A DNA stretch of 62,912 nt, the filler included. It is 3 parts of 3 records of this genome, joined end to end, with 100 filler letters (N's around TTAATTAATTAA, not from the genome) between each part and the next. Parts side by side here need not be neighbours in the genome. Positions count along the whole stretch, not along the records: positions 31,836 to 62,912 come from SRR31156797_12697; 2 more parts are not named here. One strand, given 5' to 3'. This document shows, one piece after another, positions 61,801 through 62,912 of this stretch; the first letter of the stretch is position 1, and every line of letters starts with the position of its first letter. Below the pieces are notes generated by a model. It ran no database searches, had not been told where the DNA came from, and was given only the letters and a program-made list of their open reading frames with translations. The translations under genes were made by a program, and so were the position numbers.

Positions 61801-61931
61801 GGAAGCCAAGTTTAGACAAACTGCCTAAAGAGCGTTGTTTGATTACAGGTTATTCATGCCGAAGTCAGGTAAAACGTTTTGAGAACATAAAACCTAAGCA
61901 CCCGTTGCAAGCCCTGCTCTCGATTCTTTAA
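58893..61931 (+). CDS. ydiJ: FAD-linked Fe-S oxidoreductase YdiJ (D-2-hydroxyglutarate dehydrogenase)
   Basis: RGGGTGTNGQ, SPDLSTSNRATIGGM, GEHGKG, CNGNGLC, CLACKAC...CP, GCCGMAG.FG, TGYSCRSQ. Confidence 0.93.
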   Translation: MLPRLHLQSDVDPVVLTFLHELEAAGFTGDIETQYSSRLAVATDNSVYQQLPQAVVLPKSTEDVALIGKISAKPEFERVTFSPRGGGTGTNGQALTKGIVVDLSRYMNQILEINAEEGWVRVQSGVIKDQLNDAVRPHGYFFSPDLSTSNRATIGGMINTDASGQGSLKYGKTSDHVLSLQAVFADGSILESDLSHGTPDEGNYAYQAMQVTEAVCREKRQQIVEKFPPLNRFLTGYDLKNAIDEQTDQFNITRVLCGAEGSLAFITEAKLNLTPIPKARTLVNVKYDTFDSALRNAPLMVEASALSVETVDSKVLNLAKEDIVWHSVSDLITDVPGKEMQGINIVEYADQDEDTVKELVATLTANLDEMMATEQGGIIGYQVCTDLASINRIYNMRKKAVGLLGAAKGRAKPVPFTEDTCVPPENLADFIAEFRELLDSKQLAYGMFGHVDAGVLHVRPALDLCDPKQELMMHEISDEVVKLVAKYGGLMWGEHGKGFRSEYGPEFFGEELFNELRRVKQAFDPHNKMNPGKICTPLNTNFELVKVSDTKRGYYDRQIDVQVRDSFKQAMECNGNGLCFNYDTSSPMCPSMKVSADRRHSPKGRAGLVREWLRQLTEQGIDILDLEQQTLSKAPTIKTMVDRVRNRINQRHEQDFSHEVYDAMNGCLACKACASQCPIKVDVPSFRSRFLNIYHSRYQRPAKDYLVANIETMLPLMAKAPRLVNGVIEQNWVKSLTAKTVGYVDTPTLTVPTLAQRTRRHPVASFDLQYLAGLSQQEREQHVIIVQDPFTSYYDAEVVEDFIALAIKLGKKPVLLPFKPNGKAQHIKGFLKQFKATAESTAAFLEKVADLEIAMVGVDPALVLCYRDEYAEVLGDKRGDFDVLTVHEWLKPRLSEFALAESSADEAWYLLAHCTEKTKLPNAEKEWGEIFAHFGGVLKTVPVGCCGMAGTFGHELDKYQMSKDIYGLSWKPSLDKLPKERCLITGYSCRSQVKRFENIKPKHPLQALLSIL

Positions 61932-61944
61932 TTACCATATCATT

Positions 61945-61971
61945 AAGCCCAGCGTTGCTGGGCTTTGTTTT
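61945..61971 (+). terminator. Rho-independent terminator of ydiJ
   Basis: AAGCCCAGC-gtt-GCTGGGCTT-TGTTTT. Confidence 0.8.
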
Positions 61972-62023
61972 ACTATAATGATGTAAATTTGGTTGATTTC
62001 AGCTAGAAGCAAAGGATAAGTGA

Positions 62024-62485
62024 ATGCATAGATTGGAGTTAAAAATCCCACCGGTAGCAGTGTTTATCGTCGCTATGGTTCTAATAAACTTTTTTTCACA
62101 AGTCGTCACCTTCGCTCATATCCCTTTACCTGGTACCAGTTGGGTATGGTGGGGCTGTTTTGTGTTATCCGGAATTTTTGGGTTGGCGGGCATCTATGAG
62201 TTTCGTAAAGTCAAAACGACGGTCAATCCCACTAAGCCACATGAAGCCACCACTATCGTGGATACTGGGGTGTTTCGTTTCTCTCGTAACCCGATGTATT
62301 TAGGATTATTACTTCTTCTATTGGGTTTTGCTTATTGGCAACAGAACGTTTTTAGCTTACTGACGTGTGTTTTGTTTGTGTGGTATATGAACCGATTCCA
62401 AATAAAACCCGAAGAGCGGACATTGGTGAAAATTTTTGGTCAGCCTTATGTTGATTATCAAGCTAGGGTTAGGCGCTGGGTTTGA
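62024..62485 (+). CDS. ICMT/PEMT-family membrane methyltransferase
   Basis: TTVNP, G.FRFSRNPMYLG, QIKPEE..L, FG..Y..Y..RVRRW. Confidence 0.9.
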   Translation: MHRLELKIPPVAVFIVAMVLINFFSQVVTFAHIPLPGTSWVWWGCFVLSGIFGLAGIYEFRKVKTTVNPTKPHEATTIVDTGVFRFSRNPMYLGLLLLLLGFAYWQQNVFSLLTCVLFVWYMNRFQIKPEERTLVKIFGQPYVDYQARVRRWV

Positions 62486-62594
62486 CTGTTGAAAAGTTTA
62501 ATATTTGGGTGTTGTTATTTGCTCGACTCTTACCACAACCTTCAGTAGCTTTTTTGGATAATTTATACACTTAATTTGGCTGTAGCATAGAACG

Positions 62595-62622
62595 AAAAAG
62601 GGTCGCCATCTGGCAACCCTTT
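62595..62622 (-). terminator. Terminator with its U-tract on the minus strand
   Basis: Minus strand AAAGGGTTGCCA-ga-TGGCGACCC-TTTTT. Confidence 0.65.
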
Positions 62623-62635
62623 ACAAACTGTATAT

Positions 62636-62716
62636 TCAAGTTGATGAAGATTTTTTAGGGTTTGATTCGCATTTTTTCAGCTTAAACCAGATCTTCTTTC
62701 TACCGTTATTTCTCAA
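62636..62716 (-). CDS. Candidate 26-aa basic peptide
   Basis: GGAGG 7 nt before TTG; MRNNGRKKIWFKLKKCESNPKKSSST; terminator follows closely. Confidence 0.3.
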   Translation of the reverse strand: MRNNGRKKIWFKLKKCESNPKKSSST

Positions 62717-62912
62717 AGTAATTCCTCCAAAACAACACCAGATTCGCCATTGGCAATCCTTTGAAGAAGACTATTCATTTTTAACTTTTTATTGATTGAA
62801 GTTTTTTTATTTTGAATAGCTTTATTTTTATTAATGCTATTCTCATTATTAACGATTTGATTAGACATATTATGCCCCTTATAAAATTAAAATTAAGGTG
62901 CACTGAACATAG

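Noticed and set aside
62832-62850. TAATGCTATTCTCATTATT as a Fur box
   Set aside because: Only one good half-site in very AT-rich DNA; any target gene lies outside the window

Overview
This window is not one continuous genome region. It is three contigs joined by artificial 100-nt linkers (N44-TTAATTAATTAA-N44 at 21528-21627 and 31736-31835). Contig A (1-21527) and contig B (21628-31735) are very AT-rich, and their genes look like a Campylobacterota organism (Arcobacter/Sulfurovum-like; inference). Contig C (31836-62912) has higher GC and Vibrio-type genes and gene order. Contig A carries pyruvate kinase, a Sel1-phospholipase A1 fusion and a non-canonical glycogen/alpha-glucan cluster (NDP-sugar transferase/PMM-like fusion, GH57, GalT-like, GlgA). 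It also has a Lys-rich histone-like protein and a co-directional 10.5-kb cluster: TIGR03032-like protein, ORF6N protein, 1902-aa DUF4347 surface protein, lipoprotein, cysD, cysNC. That cluster is my best candidate for an undescribed system (export plus possible sulfation of a giant surface protein). Contig B has a partial CNNM/CBS gene, a nifJ / DHOD-like / flavin-disulfide reductase operon, small unannotated ORFs behind a perfect sigma70 promoter, and a partial hybrid histidine kinase. Contig C is mostly Vibrio core genome: rluB, cydDC, trxB, sanA, maeA, an hrpB-like helicase, purC, a SulA-like gene and ydiJ. It also has a 2OG-dioxygenase / Cys-less PLP enzyme pair, tandem diguanylate cyclases, PurR and LexA boxes and small palindromic elements. 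I saw no rRNA, tRNA, CRISPR array or transposase. All family assignments come from motif recognition by eye; no searches were run.
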